57,584 bases of DNA from an uncultured virus (IMG/VR IMGVR_UViG_3300024297_000002) (Duplodnaviria; Heunggongvirae; Uroviricota; Caudoviricetes). A program made the position numbers and the translations under genes. The notes under the pieces were generated by a model. It was not told the DNA's origin and ran no database searches. It saw only the letters and a list, made by a program, of their open reading frames with translations. The stretch lies in the IMG/VR virus record IMGVR_UViG_3300024297_000002. The stretch is one strand, 5' to 3'. This document shows positions 21,237 to 31,399 of this stretch, in pieces. The stretch's first letter is position 1, and every line of letters begins with the position of its first letter.

Positions 21237-21994
21237 TGAATATATATTCTGTATTACAAAAATTTAATCCTGCAACAGATTATTTCACTGACCCATATCC
21301 TCACATAATAATCAAAGATTGCTTACCACTAAAAACATATGAATTATTGTATGAAAACTATCCTGTACAGACAGTTAAAGATAATTTTCCAATAGTCGAA
21401 GGATCCACTTACAGAGGACTAGCAAACGATTTTATAAAATCTAAAAGAGTTGAAGCAAAACAATGCTGGTTAGACTTTTTTGAGTATCATACTTCGCAAG
21501 AGTTTTATAATTTAGTGTTACGTATGTTTAATGAAAGACGTTGGATTAAAGACGAAAAAGTAAAAGTTAGACACACAGAAGGAAACGAAGGTATAGTCAC
21601 TGATACACAATTCGTAATTCATGAACCTATCACCAAAGGAACAACAAGAACACCTCACATAGATAATCCGGTAGAAATATATGCTGGTTTACTTTATATG
21701 AGGCAAAGAGGAGATAAAGCAAAAGGTGGAGATTTTGTGATATACGATACACAACCAATGAGTACTGTTGTAGAAGGAACCGGTAGACAAATAACAAACA
21801 ATCACAAACTAAAAGAATACAAAACTATTCCTTATAAAGAAAATACTTTTGTAATGTTTTTAAACTCAAATAAATCTGTGCATGGTGTAACACCTAGACA
21901 AGATCCAGGACACGATAGACTGAGTATTAATATTATTGCTGAGGTTAATAACAAATCAAATCGTTTGTTTAAATTACTCGAGGTCAGAGAGTAA
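21236..21994 (+). CDS. 2OG-Fe(II) oxygenase-like protein
   Basis: PYPH, HID, GGDF, HGV...R.SIN facial triad pattern. Confidence 0.75.
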   Translation: MNIYSVLQKFNPATDYFTDPYPHIIIKDCLPLKTYELLYENYPVQTVKDNFPIVEGSTYRGLANDFIKSKRVEAKQCWLDFFEYHTSQEFYNLVLRMFNERRWIKDEKVKVRHTEGNEGIVTDTQFVIHEPITKGTTRTPHIDNPVEIYAGLLYMRQRGDKAKGGDFVIYDTQPMSTVVEGTGRQITNNHKLKEYKTIPYKENTFVMFLNSNKSVHGVTPRQDPGHDRLSINIIAEVNNKSNRLFKLLEVRE

Positions 21995-22795
21995 ACGCCA
22001 AGCAGTACCGTTACGCATTTCTTCCATAGAAAAATTATTATAAGCAAGTGAACTAAACAGAGACATTCGATCTCCGTATACAGGTGTTTCAATTTTAGTC
22101 AAATCACTTTCTGATATAGGTGCCGCTCCGCACACATCTTGTTCACAAAACACCGGAACACCATTAGTGAAACTTTCAATCATTGTGTTACTGTTGTATG
22201 TTACACAGGCAAAATATTCATTCCAATCTATAGGTCCAGCACTTTTATTTGTTGGTATATCCATTTTAATCGTTGCTCCTACATGGTCTTTTGTAATGCC
22301 TGGATTGTATGGTTTGTCTCTAATAACCAGTTCTCTATCCGTGTTTTCACGCAGTATTTTAACAGTATTTTCTAGCCAGTGTGTAGCACCAAAGAAGTCT
22401 GCAATGGCGTTTGTAGGGGGCAGTATGAGGATCTTAGACCCCTTTTTATGCCATGGTTTGATGTTTTGTTTAAAGTATTGCTCATATCGGTCGTTTGGTC
22501 TTTTGAACAATTTGGTTTGACAATGTGCATTTTTTGTTATTCTTAACCAATGAGGCTTGTCATGAGCATTGGTAAAATAACCATGATCCATGAAGTAAAA
22601 ATCTTTATTTTCTTTTTCGCACCATTTGTATACCTCACCTGATCCTGCAAGTATTCCATACATTATTAAAGTTTCGTTTGGTAACTCATTTAATTCTCTC
22701 CAATGAAACATCTTAAATGATCCCGGGGTACCTTGCACAAAAGCATCAACATATCTTTGAGTTCTTGGTTTAGTTGTGTGTATACCTGCTATCAT
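21974..22795 (-). CDS. KpsS/capsule-synthesis-like putative glycosyltransferase (paralog 1)
   Basis: D.GYF, ILILPP, IRDKP, VTYNS..IE...GVPVF, LAY..F...E. Confidence 0.55.
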   Translation of the reverse strand: MIAGIHTTKPRTQRYVDAFVQGTPGSFKMFHWRELNELPNETLIMYGILAGSGEVYKWCEKENKDFYFMDHGYFTNAHDKPHWLRITKNAHCQTKLFKRPNDRYEQYFKQNIKPWHKKGSKILILPPTNAIADFFGATHWLENTVKILRENTDRELVIRDKPYNPGITKDHVGATIKMDIPTNKSAGPIDWNEYFACVTYNSNTMIESFTNGVPVFCEQDVCGAAPISESDLTKIETPVYGDRMSLFSSLAYNNFSMEEMRNGTAWRLLSDLE

Positions 22796-23511
22796 TTATA
22801 TTCCTTAATGAATGTTTTAAGTACATCAACATCTGCATTAAGATGTCTTTCTCGTATTTTGCTCCATACATAATCATCTCTAAAATTAATATCTAAATGT
22901 TTCCTGACTTGTTTTCCTGTATCATCAAATACCTTTTTTGCTTTGATTGTAACGTTTGGGAAAAATAAACATCTGTTAAGTTTCCTGGAAACTTTTTGTG
23001 TATATGTATCTACGTACCAATGCCAAAAGAAAGGAGGTACAAAATATCCTAATGTGTCTATCCAATTTTTGTGTACTAAAAAATGTGGAGAAGAAAAAGG
23101 AATATCTCCTATTAGTGTTGGCTTTGTTGCTTGTAATAATTTTTTAGGTTTATTTTTTTCTTTTCCGTCATATGGAATAGCCATTAAAATTTTATCTGGA
23201 TAATCATTAAATCCGTCAGTCATAATCTTATCCCAGTGTTGGGTTTTAAATTGTATATCGTCGCCTGCTAAAAATACATAATCAAATTTAGCCTTCTCTG
23301 CCATCAAGTTCCAACTGTAACAAGTAGATCTATTAGGACCTACTGTGTAGTGTTTTTTATCAATGGTGTCTTTATATTCTTGTAACGTAGGGTCGTCGTC
23401 ATTGAGATAAATTAAAAATTCTATATCTCCTGCGGCGGTATCATACGCAGTATCTATCATTCTTTTTGCTAGTTCAGGTCTGCCTCGCGATGGACAACTG
23501 ATAGAAATCAT
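22792..23511 (-). CDS. Glycosyltransferase family 2-like
   Basis: PSRGRP, WN, GDD, HWYVD. Confidence 0.75.
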   Translation of the reverse strand: MISISCPSRGRPELAKRMIDTAYDTAAGDIEFLIYLNDDDPTLQEYKDTIDKKHYTVGPNRSTCYSWNLMAEKAKFDYVFLAGDDIQFKTQHWDKIMTDGFNDYPDKILMAIPYDGKEKNKPKKLLQATKPTLIGDIPFSSPHFLVHKNWIDTLGYFVPPFFWHWYVDTYTQKVSRKLNRCLFFPNVTIKAKKVFDDTGKQVRKHLDINFRDDYVWSKIRERHLNADVDVLKTFIKEYK

Positions 23512-24515
23512 ATTAATTTATTCTTCCAAGTATCTGGAGTGTGTTCATTAATAATTTCTAAAGGTAAATGATACTGAAACTTTTTTGTTCCACGTAATCT
23601 AATATAATCTGCTGTCTTCTTAACTGACTGTCGCATATTAGTTGCTGTACTGTAACCTAATAAATCTCTTGCCTTGTCAGATGAACACGTTGCTAGTTTT
23701 ACTTCTTTAGGTCTGTCTTTATGATGTATTGGATCTAAATTTATTCCAGTTTCGTTTGCACAGGCTTCTGCTAATTCATTAATAGTAACAGGTTCTTCGT
23801 CCGGTCCAATATTGATTACTTCACCAACAACATTATCCTGAAATGCAAGTGCGTTTAAGCAATATAGACAATCGTCAATATAACTGAAGCATCTTTGTTG
23901 TTTGCCATCACCATATATAATAGGTTGTTTGCCTTGTAACATTCTGTTCAACATGATAGACATAACGTTTCTAAATGGATCATCATACTTCTGTCTTGGT
24001 CCAACAATGTTGTGTGGTACAGCAATAACATACTCAACTCCGTGTGTTTCGCATAAATTTCTCAATACATCCTCGCCGGCCTTTTTTGCGATACCGTATG
24101 GATCCTGGGGACGACATTCGTAAGTTTCTTTGTACGGTACTTCATCATGATGACCGTATCTTGCCATGCTTGAACAATATACAATACGTTTTACTTTGTT
24201 CCTTATGGCCGCTGTAATAGTTGTAACTGACGCTTCAAATATATTTCTTGTAACCAGCACAGGAGAAAATACTGACAGTCCTTCGTATGCCGTTGCGGCA
24301 GTGTGGTATACAATATCACATCCTTCCATTGCTTTAGTTAGATTTTCTAAATCAGTGCAATCTACTTGATGGAACTCTACATCTTGTGGCACATTATCTG
24401 TATAGCCACCGATCATATTATCATTACCAGCAACTGTGTGCCCTTGAGATATCATTAGGTCTGCTAGGTGCGAACCTAAAAATCCTGCCACTCCTGTTAT
24501 AAAAACTTTAGCCAT
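23508..24515 (-). CDS. NAD-dependent nucleotide-sugar epimerase/dehydratase
   Basis: TGVAGFLG, SSMARYG, YGIAK, GDGKQQRCFSYIDD. Confidence 0.92.
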   Translation of the reverse strand: MAKVFITGVAGFLGSHLADLMISQGHTVAGNDNMIGGYTDNVPQDVEFHQVDCTDLENLTKAMEGCDIVYHTAATAYEGLSVFSPVLVTRNIFEASVTTITAAIRNKVKRIVYCSSMARYGHHDEVPYKETYECRPQDPYGIAKKAGEDVLRNLCETHGVEYVIAVPHNIVGPRQKYDDPFRNVMSIMLNRMLQGKQPIIYGDGKQQRCFSYIDDCLYCLNALAFQDNVVGEVINIGPDEEPVTINELAEACANETGINLDPIHHKDRPKEVKLATCSSDKARDLLGYSTATNMRQSVKKTADYIRLRGTKKFQYHLPLEIINEHTPDTWKNKLI

Positions 24516-24524
24516 TTTTAATAA

Positions 24525-25154
24525 TTATCGGCAATATACCTTGTCAGGCCAAATGTTGATTATCTCATAAAAGCCTATTTCTTTTAGGTAACCTTCTATT
24601 TGAGTATTGCTTGATCCATATTTTTTTGTGTTGTTGTTAAGTTCGATCATTAGTAATTGTGTATTTTGTAATGTTTTTTCTGCACCATGTAACACTTTCA
24701 TTTCGTATCCTTCAACATCAATTTTAATTAAGTCAACATCTGTCCATCCAAAAGAATCTATTGTTCTAATTGGAATTTTACCTTGACTTTCTTCGATCCT
24801 TAGTGCCTGTGTAAAATCATCTTTAGTCATGCTGAGAAATCCTTCCTTATCACCTAAAGCAAAAACCATAGGATTAATATTAGGATATCTACCTGCATTC
24901 CTTTCTAAACACTTGAAGTTAGTACTGTTAGGTTCAAATGCTTTAATACTACCTGCAAATTCTGACATTTCAGATGCCCATGTTCCACACCATGCACCGA
25001 CATCAATTACTGTTCTAAATCTTTTTTGTTGAGACGTACACCATTCTTTAAACTTTAGCAAACATTTATTCTGTGTAAATGGTTTTCCCGACTTCCAATC
25101 TTCTATATGGATGTCATTATCTGGCACCCAAAAATCATTAACTTTTACTATCAT
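24525..25154 (-). CDS. FkbM-family methyltransferase
   Basis: IDVGAWCG, AFEP, IKIDVEGYE. Confidence 0.9.
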   Translation of the reverse strand: MIVKVNDFWVPDNDIHIEDWKSGKPFTQNKCLLKFKEWCTSQQKRFRTVIDVGAWCGTWASEMSEFAGSIKAFEPNSTNFKCLERNAGRYPNINPMVFALGDKEGFLSMTKDDFTQALRIEESQGKIPIRTIDSFGWTDVDLIKIDVEGYEMKVLHGAEKTLQNTQLLMIELNNNTKKYGSSNTQIEGYLKEIGFYEIINIWPDKVYCR

Positions 25155-25956
25155 AGTACTCTTTTATAATATTAACAGCAGTTCCGTTTGCAATTTCTTC
25201 TGGTGTAAATTGCTGATATGCTAATGAACATAACCACTGGTATGGGTCAGTAAAATTAGGACTTTCTATTTTACTTAAATCTGTAGATGCAACAGGCCTT
25301 GCAAAACTTTTCTCATGACAAAAAACAGGAACTCCGTTGCATATTGATTCTATTGCACTAATAGAACACGAAGTAACACAGGCCCATGCATCCTCTAGAT
25401 CTTTTTCTAATGAGACTGTTGCTTCACTAGGTCCGGAGGTTCCTCTACCACGTGGCTTTACTCTTATTTTAATTGGACGGTCTGTGTGCTTTTTAATTTG
25501 TGCTATGGTATCATCTAGCCATGTTGTTTGTTTAAGATACATATGAATACCTGCAGAACTAGGACATACTAGAATATATTTTCCTGATCTTTTTGGTGGT
25601 TTAACTTTAATTTTAAACGAATCAAATCTTGCCGAATCAACACTTGTAAGTAATTTTGCATGAATGCTATTTTTACACATACGCCACCAATGATTGTCTG
25701 GCTTTAAGTTTTTATTGTCAAATCTTCCAAAATAAGGAGTGTCAGTAAACCAGTAATTTAGTTTTTTATGTTCTATCTTATGTACCAACTGGAGATTATT
25801 ATTAACAAATCCCCAAAACATACTGTTATCAAGTGGATCTGTTGCTTTTGAATTATCTAATGTTTGGTAAGCAGTAGGCCAAGATTTCATTACACCGCCA
25901 AAAACTTCCCAGGCTTTGCTTTCAATATTTTCTAAAGGTGCATAAATTGTTAGCAT
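25138..25956 (-). CDS. KpsS/capsule-synthesis-like putative glycosyltransferase (paralog 2)
   Basis: DTPYF, ILVCPSS, IRVKP, VTSCS..IE...GVPVF, LAYQQF..EE. Confidence 0.55.
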   Translation of the reverse strand: MLTIYAPLENIESKAWEVFGGVMKSWPTAYQTLDNSKATDPLDNSMFWGFVNNNLQLVHKIEHKKLNYWFTDTPYFGRFDNKNLKPDNHWWRMCKNSIHAKLLTSVDSARFDSFKIKVKPPKRSGKYILVCPSSAGIHMYLKQTTWLDDTIAQIKKHTDRPIKIRVKPRGRGTSGPSEATVSLEKDLEDAWACVTSCSISAIESICNGVPVFCHEKSFARPVASTDLSKIESPNFTDPYQWLCSLAYQQFTPEEIANGTAVNIIKEYYDSKS

Positions 25957-25982
25957 AGTTATATTATAATTAAATAATTGTC

Positions 25983-27029
25983 ATGATGCAAGTTAAAAAT
26001 ATTCAAAGTATTCAGTATTTCCATGACAAGTTTGATGTTATTGATTATCCCCAAGAGTATTTAAACTGGAAAACTAACCCAACGTATCTTGCTGAATTTG
26101 AAGATTGTATGGTGCATACTTGGCCTTTCTTAATAACCAAAATGGGTGGACTAATATCAGAACACGTTTGGCCTTTAACATGGAAACAAAAGAAAAAATT
26201 AGGACCTAGATCAGGAATATATCCTATGTGGGGAGAAAATGTTGACATTAATATTCCTCCGCCATCGAGAGAATTTACCGATACACAAAAGTATGTTTGG
26301 TTGCCTATAGACGTTTCGTCAGGAAACAATCCATGGCATATATGGATCGATGTAATTGCAAAAATGCGATTGATTGAAAAGAGATTAAACAAACCATTTA
26401 AAGAGTTTGTGTATGTTATGCCTCACAAAAGTGAATATATGGAAAAAGTTATTAGTGATATTGTGCCAGAAATAAAACTTATAGTAATGCCAAAAAATTC
26501 TACATGGAAGTTTAAACACATATACGTACCTACTATGTGTAATCATGACGACGGTGTTGTACTACCTCAATCTGTTAACTGGCTTCGTTCTAGATTTTTA
26601 CACAAACACGTAGAAAAACCGTATAGAAAACTTTTTATTGACAGGGGTGTTGGCTCTAGAAAGTTGGCAAATAAAGATGATGTGTTTGCAATTTTAAAAG
26701 GATATGAAGTATTAAGATTAGAAGAAATGCCTATACTAGAACAAATGAAAGCATTTGCAGAAGCAACACATATAGTTGCTACGCACGGAGCAGGACTTGT
26801 AAATCTTTTATGGTGCTTACCTGAAACTCGAGTTATTGAAATTGTACATAAGCACACTGCTAAAAAAGTATATCCAAATCTTTCTCATTTATTAGGATTA
26901 AATCACAAAGTTGTAATGGGAGAACCTGTGCCTATTGCAAAAACAACAAAAGAAAAACAATATAAAAGATTAAATGATTATAATGATATTAAATTAGATT
27001 CTAGTATTTTAGCACGGAATCTGGAATAA
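25983..27029 (+). CDS. Glycosyltransferase family 61 (DUF563)-like
   Basis: NPWH, FIDR...RKL.N, EQMKAF, HGAGLVN, VIEI. Confidence 0.85.
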   Translation: MMQVKNIQSIQYFHDKFDVIDYPQEYLNWKTNPTYLAEFEDCMVHTWPFLITKMGGLISEHVWPLTWKQKKKLGPRSGIYPMWGENVDINIPPPSREFTDTQKYVWLPIDVSSGNNPWHIWIDVIAKMRLIEKRLNKPFKEFVYVMPHKSEYMEKVISDIVPEIKLIVMPKNSTWKFKHIYVPTMCNHDDGVVLPQSVNWLRSRFLHKHVEKPYRKLFIDRGVGSRKLANKDDVFAILKGYEVLRLEEMPILEQMKAFAEATHIVATHGAGLVNLLWCLPETRVIEIVHKHTAKKVYPNLSHLLGLNHKVVMGEPVPIAKTTKEKQYKRLNDYNDIKLDSSILARNLE

Positions 27030-27988
27030 ACTTTTCCAGATCTTATTTCATCAATCGACCACATCATATAACCTAAGTCATTTAGCCATTGTGTTCTATC
27101 TGGGTATTTTGGATTTTCGATATCTTCTAAATTAGTGTTTGCTACTGGCCAACAAATTGCAAGATCTGAGGTAACAAAGGTAGGGACTCCACGAATACAA
27201 GAGTCGACGCTGGCAGTAGAATTGTGAGTAATAACAGCATGACAATTATTTAATGCTTCTTGAAAGTTGAATCTATAGTACTTTTTCTCATCTCCGGAGA
27301 AATGTTTTTGTCCAATTATTAATTCGCAATCTGGTGGAAACTCGTTTCTCCGTTCTTCCATTGATGCAACATTGTTAGGGTGTGGGCGTATTAAAAATTT
27401 TCTTTTAGTTAATGGTCTCAATTTTTTGTATACATCATTAAACCATTCTATGGGATCCAACTCGTTCATACTCCAGTTGTCTTTTGGTTGTAATACAAAT
27501 AATATTGGAGCATCTGGATTAGGTTTTTGCCATTCGTAGTTTCCAATATTAAACAGTTGTTGCATTTCTTTCCATCTGTCGTCTGGTGAATTATCTGCTA
27601 AAAAATTTCCATTACGCATCGGAGTCCAAAGTGCAACTCTATATCTGTGATTTGGAACACCTGATGTATTACCAAAACTTGAACACAGTCCTCCGTCAAA
27701 TGTTACTACAACACTACCTTTCTTCTTTGCATTCTCAACAAGCATATACCTTCTACCTTTAGTGTGATGTTGTTGTCTATCTCCACCATATCCGAACATA
27801 ACCCCAATCGGTGCTGTAATATTCATTTCGCCGTCTTGTGTTGGTCCTGTCATATGCTCGTTAACAATTTCAACTTTATCGCCGGATGCTCTTACACCTT
27901 CTGCAAAATCGTATAATAGTTTGTAAGAATCGCCCCGTCTACGATCTTTTACTGTTCTTCTAAAAATTTGTACTGTTAGATTTTTCAT
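26978..27988 (-). CDS. KpsS/capsule-synthesis-like putative glycosyltransferase (paralog 3)
   Basis: LQ...D.S, IRPHP, VITHNST...GVPTF, PDRTQWL. Confidence 0.6.
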   Translation of the reverse strand: MKNLTVQIFRRTVKDRRRGDSYKLLYDFAEGVRASGDKVEIVNEHMTGPTQDGEMNITAPIGVMFGYGGDRQQHHTKGRRYMLVENAKKKGSVVVTFDGGLCSSFGNTSGVPNHRYRVALWTPMRNGNFLADNSPDDRWKEMQQLFNIGNYEWQKPNPDAPILFVLQPKDNWSMNELDPIEWFNDVYKKLRPLTKRKFLIRPHPNNVASMEERRNEFPPDCELIIGQKHFSGDEKKYYRFNFQEALNNCHAVITHNSTASVDSCIRGVPTFVTSDLAICWPVANTNLEDIENPKYPDRTQWLNDLGYMMWSIDEIRSGKVYSRFRAKILESNLISL

Positions 27989-28022
27989 TAAATATACATA
28001 TAATTATCAAAGGAAATACGTC

Positions 28023-28943
28023 ATGAGAACATTAGCGGTTGTAACAACTTTCCCACCTAACAGATGGGAGGCTTATGGAAAAAGAATGATTGAAAGTTTT
28101 ATTGACCATTGGCCTGAGGATGTAAAATTATATGTATACTACGAAAAAGAATTGCCACCAATCACAAATCCTAAAATTGAATATGTAAATCTAGAAGAAG
28201 TAAATCCAGACTTACTAGCATTTAAAGAACGTCACAAAAACGATCCAGTTGCAAACGGAGAGTTAGAAGAAATAGAAGGCGGAGTAAGAAGACTTCCAGA
28301 AGCAGGAAAAAACGATAAAGGCAAAGGATCCTTTCTATGGGACGCAGTTAGATTTGCACATAAAACATTTGCAGTTGCTCATGCAATGAAAACAATTGAC
28401 GTTGATGTTGTGTTATGGTTAGATGCTGATACCTATACATTTAGATCAATTCCAAAAGATTTTGTTTTAAATTTGTTGCCCGAAGACAAACTTGTAAACT
28501 ATCTAGGACGTGGAGAAAAATATCCAGAATGCGGATGGGTAACTTACAATAGAAGACATCCTAAGATTACAGAATTTATAAATGTGTGGGTCGACTTATA
28601 CAAAAATGACACAATATTTAAACACCTCGAATGGCACGACTCTTATGTTTTTTGGCAAGTTGTAAAACAAGTTGCACCAACTGACGGGGTCGATATTGGC
28701 AAAGGTGCTGGAGCCAAAGGACATCATATTTTTATCAATAGTGTACTCGGAGACTATGTTGACCACATGAAGGGTAAAAGAAAAGTTAAAGGAAAAAGTT
28801 CAGCAACTGATTTGAGATCTACACGCCAGGAAGACTATTGGAAAACTGTTGAGAATTACAATCCATTTGCAAAAAATGGTTTTGATCCTAAACAAGCAGA
28901 AGACATAATCAGTAAAGTTGCGAAAGGAACCCAAGGGAATTAA
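28023..28943 (+). CDS. Glycosyltransferase (GT-A, DxD)
   Basis: RFAHKTFA, WLDAD, ECG, EWHDSYVF, DHMKG. Confidence 0.75.
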   Translation: MRTLAVVTTFPPNRWEAYGKRMIESFIDHWPEDVKLYVYYEKELPPITNPKIEYVNLEEVNPDLLAFKERHKNDPVANGELEEIEGGVRRLPEAGKNDKGKGSFLWDAVRFAHKTFAVAHAMKTIDVDVVLWLDADTYTFRSIPKDFVLNLLPEDKLVNYLGRGEKYPECGWVTYNRRHPKITEFINVWVDLYKNDTIFKHLEWHDSYVFWQVVKQVAPTDGVDIGKGAGAKGHHIFINSVLGDYVDHMKGKRKVKGKSSATDLRSTRQEDYWKTVENYNPFAKNGFDPKQAEDIISKVAKGTQGN

Positions 28944-29821
28944 TGAGAATTGCAGTGTACCCAGACAATTCTAGTTTAAACGGTAGGCCTGTTTTTGCGG
29001 CACTTATCGAACATTTAAAAGCAAAAGGTGAAAAAGTTTTTATAAATGAAGATAAAAATTGCGACGTCGCTATCATTTGGTCTGTGCTTTGGCAAGGACG
29101 AATGGAAAAGAATAAAAAAATATGGGAACAGTTTAGAGGTACAGGAAGACCTGTTGTAGTTTTAGAAGTTGGTGGGTTACGAAGAAACTCATCTTTTAAA
29201 ATGGGTATAAACGGAATCAACAGAGAGGCAGATTTTGCTAATCAAACATACGATGACAAACGTTGGCCACTGTTTAATCATCAGTTTAGAGAATGGAAAC
29301 AAACAGGTAATATAATTGTGATCTGTGGACAACATCACAACAGTCACCAATGGAGAGAGAATCCAGGCTTAAAATCTTACTTTAAACATTGTATCGAAGA
29401 AATACGTAGGTACACAGACAAACCTATCATTATTAGACCACATCCGCGAAATATTGTACATAATTTTCCGGAGCACAAATACAAACACGTTAGAGTAAAT
29501 TTACCTAAAAGAGATTGGGGAACTTACGACGATACCGATTTTAAAAAAATACTAAATTCAACGTGGGCCGTTGTAAATCATAGTTCTAATCCTGCCATGG
29601 AGGCAGTAATACACGGTATACCTGTTTTTGTATCTGAAAAAAGTTTATGTCATGATGTTGGTAATACAGACTTATCTGATATCATGCACCCGGCAATGCC
29701 GGCTAGACAAAACTGGGCAAATCAGTTAGCATATACAGAATGGTTCACAGAAGAATTTAGAGAAGGAAAACCATGGGCAAGAATAAGAGAAAGACTATTA
29801 GAAAAGTACATAAAAAAATAA
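28943..29821 (+). CDS. KpsS/capsule-synthesis-like putative glycosyltransferase (paralog 4)
   Basis: EVG, ICGQ, IRPHP, VVNHSSN..EAV..GIPVF, LAYTEW. Confidence 0.6.
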   Translation: MRIAVYPDNSSLNGRPVFAALIEHLKAKGEKVFINEDKNCDVAIIWSVLWQGRMEKNKKIWEQFRGTGRPVVVLEVGGLRRNSSFKMGINGINREADFANQTYDDKRWPLFNHQFREWKQTGNIIVICGQHHNSHQWRENPGLKSYFKHCIEEIRRYTDKPIIIRPHPRNIVHNFPEHKYKHVRVNLPKRDWGTYDDTDFKKILNSTWAVVNHSSNPAMEAVIHGIPVFVSEKSLCHDVGNTDLSDIMHPAMPARQNWANQLAYTEWFTEEFREGKPWARIRERLLEKYIKK

Positions 29822-30201
29822 TAAAACCTATACACGTTAAGATTGATAAATTAATCACATTAGCAGAATTAGGTCTAGGAGTAGAGCGACCGTTGAACAA
29901 AGAAAAACGAGATTGGATTAACAAACTAACAAAACAATCAGAACCGTTGAATCCAATATTGGTTGCACCGATCAAGGATACAGGATACTATGTTTTGTGT
30001 GATGGGTGGCACAGAGTACAGGCTACTAAAAAAATGAAAGAAGACAGCATTGATGCTCTTATTATTCCAATTAAATCTGGATTAGGATTAGCAAAAGTAA
30101 ATAAAATTTTGAGAGACATTGACCAAGAACAAAAATACGGCCTAGGAGTTAGTGGGTTAATAAACAACTGGGCATTTGATAAACTAATGGAGATAGAATG
30201 A
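29773..30201 (+). CDS. ParB/Sulfiredoxin-like domain protein
   Basis: PILV...YVLCDGWHRVQA motif; start uncertain. Confidence 0.65.
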   Translation: MGKNKRKTIRKVHKKIIKPIHVKIDKLITLAELGLGVERPLNKEKRDWINKLTKQSEPLNPILVAPIKDTGYYVLCDGWHRVQATKKMKEDSIDALIIPIKSGLGLAKVNKILRDIDQEQKYGLGVSGLINNWAFDKLMEIE

Positions 30202-30944
30202 AACAAGTATTTCATATAGGTAAACGACCGGATCCTGACGAGCCAATAACATGGACACCATACGAAGGTGAGGAAATAATTGCACGTATGACAATACGCC
30301 AAGGTAAAAAAATTGAAGAGCGTGAATGGGTCGAGGATAGAGTTAAAGCAGTTCCAAAAGGAAAGGCATACTGTATAGGTAATGGCCCATCAAGAAAAGG
30401 CAAACTAGATTTAAATTGGTTGCATAACAACGGACAAACTTACGGTTGTAATGCACTGTATAGAGATTTTATTCCAACGTATTTGTTTAGTGTTGATAGA
30501 TTTATGTCTGAAAAAATTGTTAAAGACAAAGTATATGAGAAAACTACGTGCTATGCACCTGCAATAGAGATGGCTAGGTCAAAATATAAATTGAATTTAA
30601 TTCCTCATAACCCTCATTGGATATCAGGTAACGCCGCTTTCTGGACTGCTACAATGCACGGACATAAAGACATATACCTAATAGGATATGACTTTAGAGA
30701 ATACGGTAAAGGAGAACTTAATAACATATACCAAGACACAGAAAACTACGGTAAACGAAACAGCGATACAATTTTTGAACCATGGTTACAGCAATACAAA
30801 AGTATTTGCAAAAGAAGAAATGATTGTAACTTTACTATTGTACATGACAATCCACCAGATTACATAGGTACAATACCTTTTCCAAATCATAAAATTATGT
30901 CTTATGCTAACTTTATCGAGAAAGTTGTAGACCCAAGTAGTTAA
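30198..30944 (+). CDS. MptE/DUF115-like (sialyltransferase-related fold) protein
   Basis: IGNGPSR, YGCNALYRDF, SG..A, IYLIGYD. Confidence 0.65.
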   Translation: MKQVFHIGKRPDPDEPITWTPYEGEEIIARMTIRQGKKIEEREWVEDRVKAVPKGKAYCIGNGPSRKGKLDLNWLHNNGQTYGCNALYRDFIPTYLFSVDRFMSEKIVKDKVYEKTTCYAPAIEMARSKYKLNLIPHNPHWISGNAAFWTATMHGHKDIYLIGYDFREYGKGELNNIYQDTENYGKRNSDTIFEPWLQQYKSICKRRNDCNFTIVHDNPPDYIGTIPFPNHKIMSYANFIEKVVDPSS

Positions 30945-31326
30945 GTCTGTTTTTAAAACTATAAAATAGTTTATTGTGATTACCTGTGTTATTACGTAAT
31001 TTCATTTGATACAAATGTATCATTTCGTGTACTAACGTTTCTAAAAATATTTTTTTAGTAGGATATTTAGGTAACATTTCTAAAGTGTAGTGACATGGTT
31101 TTGTTTTATAAACTGTATAAACAACCTGCCCAAATGCTCCATTTATTCTTTTAATTTTTATATCATCAAACTTTGGTAATTTATTATCAAAAATAGCACT
31201 GTTGTAGTGATCGTACCAACTAGTAATACAATGCATATTGGTATTAAACTCTGTGCTGGCACTAGGTCTCTGTAACACTTTTTCCAAATGTCTTTTAAAT
31301 TTTAATGTTTTTCTTCTTTTATTCAT
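30913..31326 (-). CDS. SprT-like zinc metalloprotease
   Basis: N..IF...LP, TLVHEMIH, H...F. Confidence 0.8.
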   Translation of the reverse strand: MNKRRKTLKFKRHLEKVLQRPSASTEFNTNMHCITSWYDHYNSAIFDNKLPKFDDIKIKRINGAFGQVVYTVYKTKPCHYTLEMLPKYPTKKIFLETLVHEMIHLYQMKLRNNTGNHNKLFYSFKNRLNYLGLQLSR

Positions 31327-31399
31327 GTTTATACGGTTGACCTTTTTACCATGTGTGTTATACTCGTGTTAATAACTGTATTTAACAGGATTTACCACT

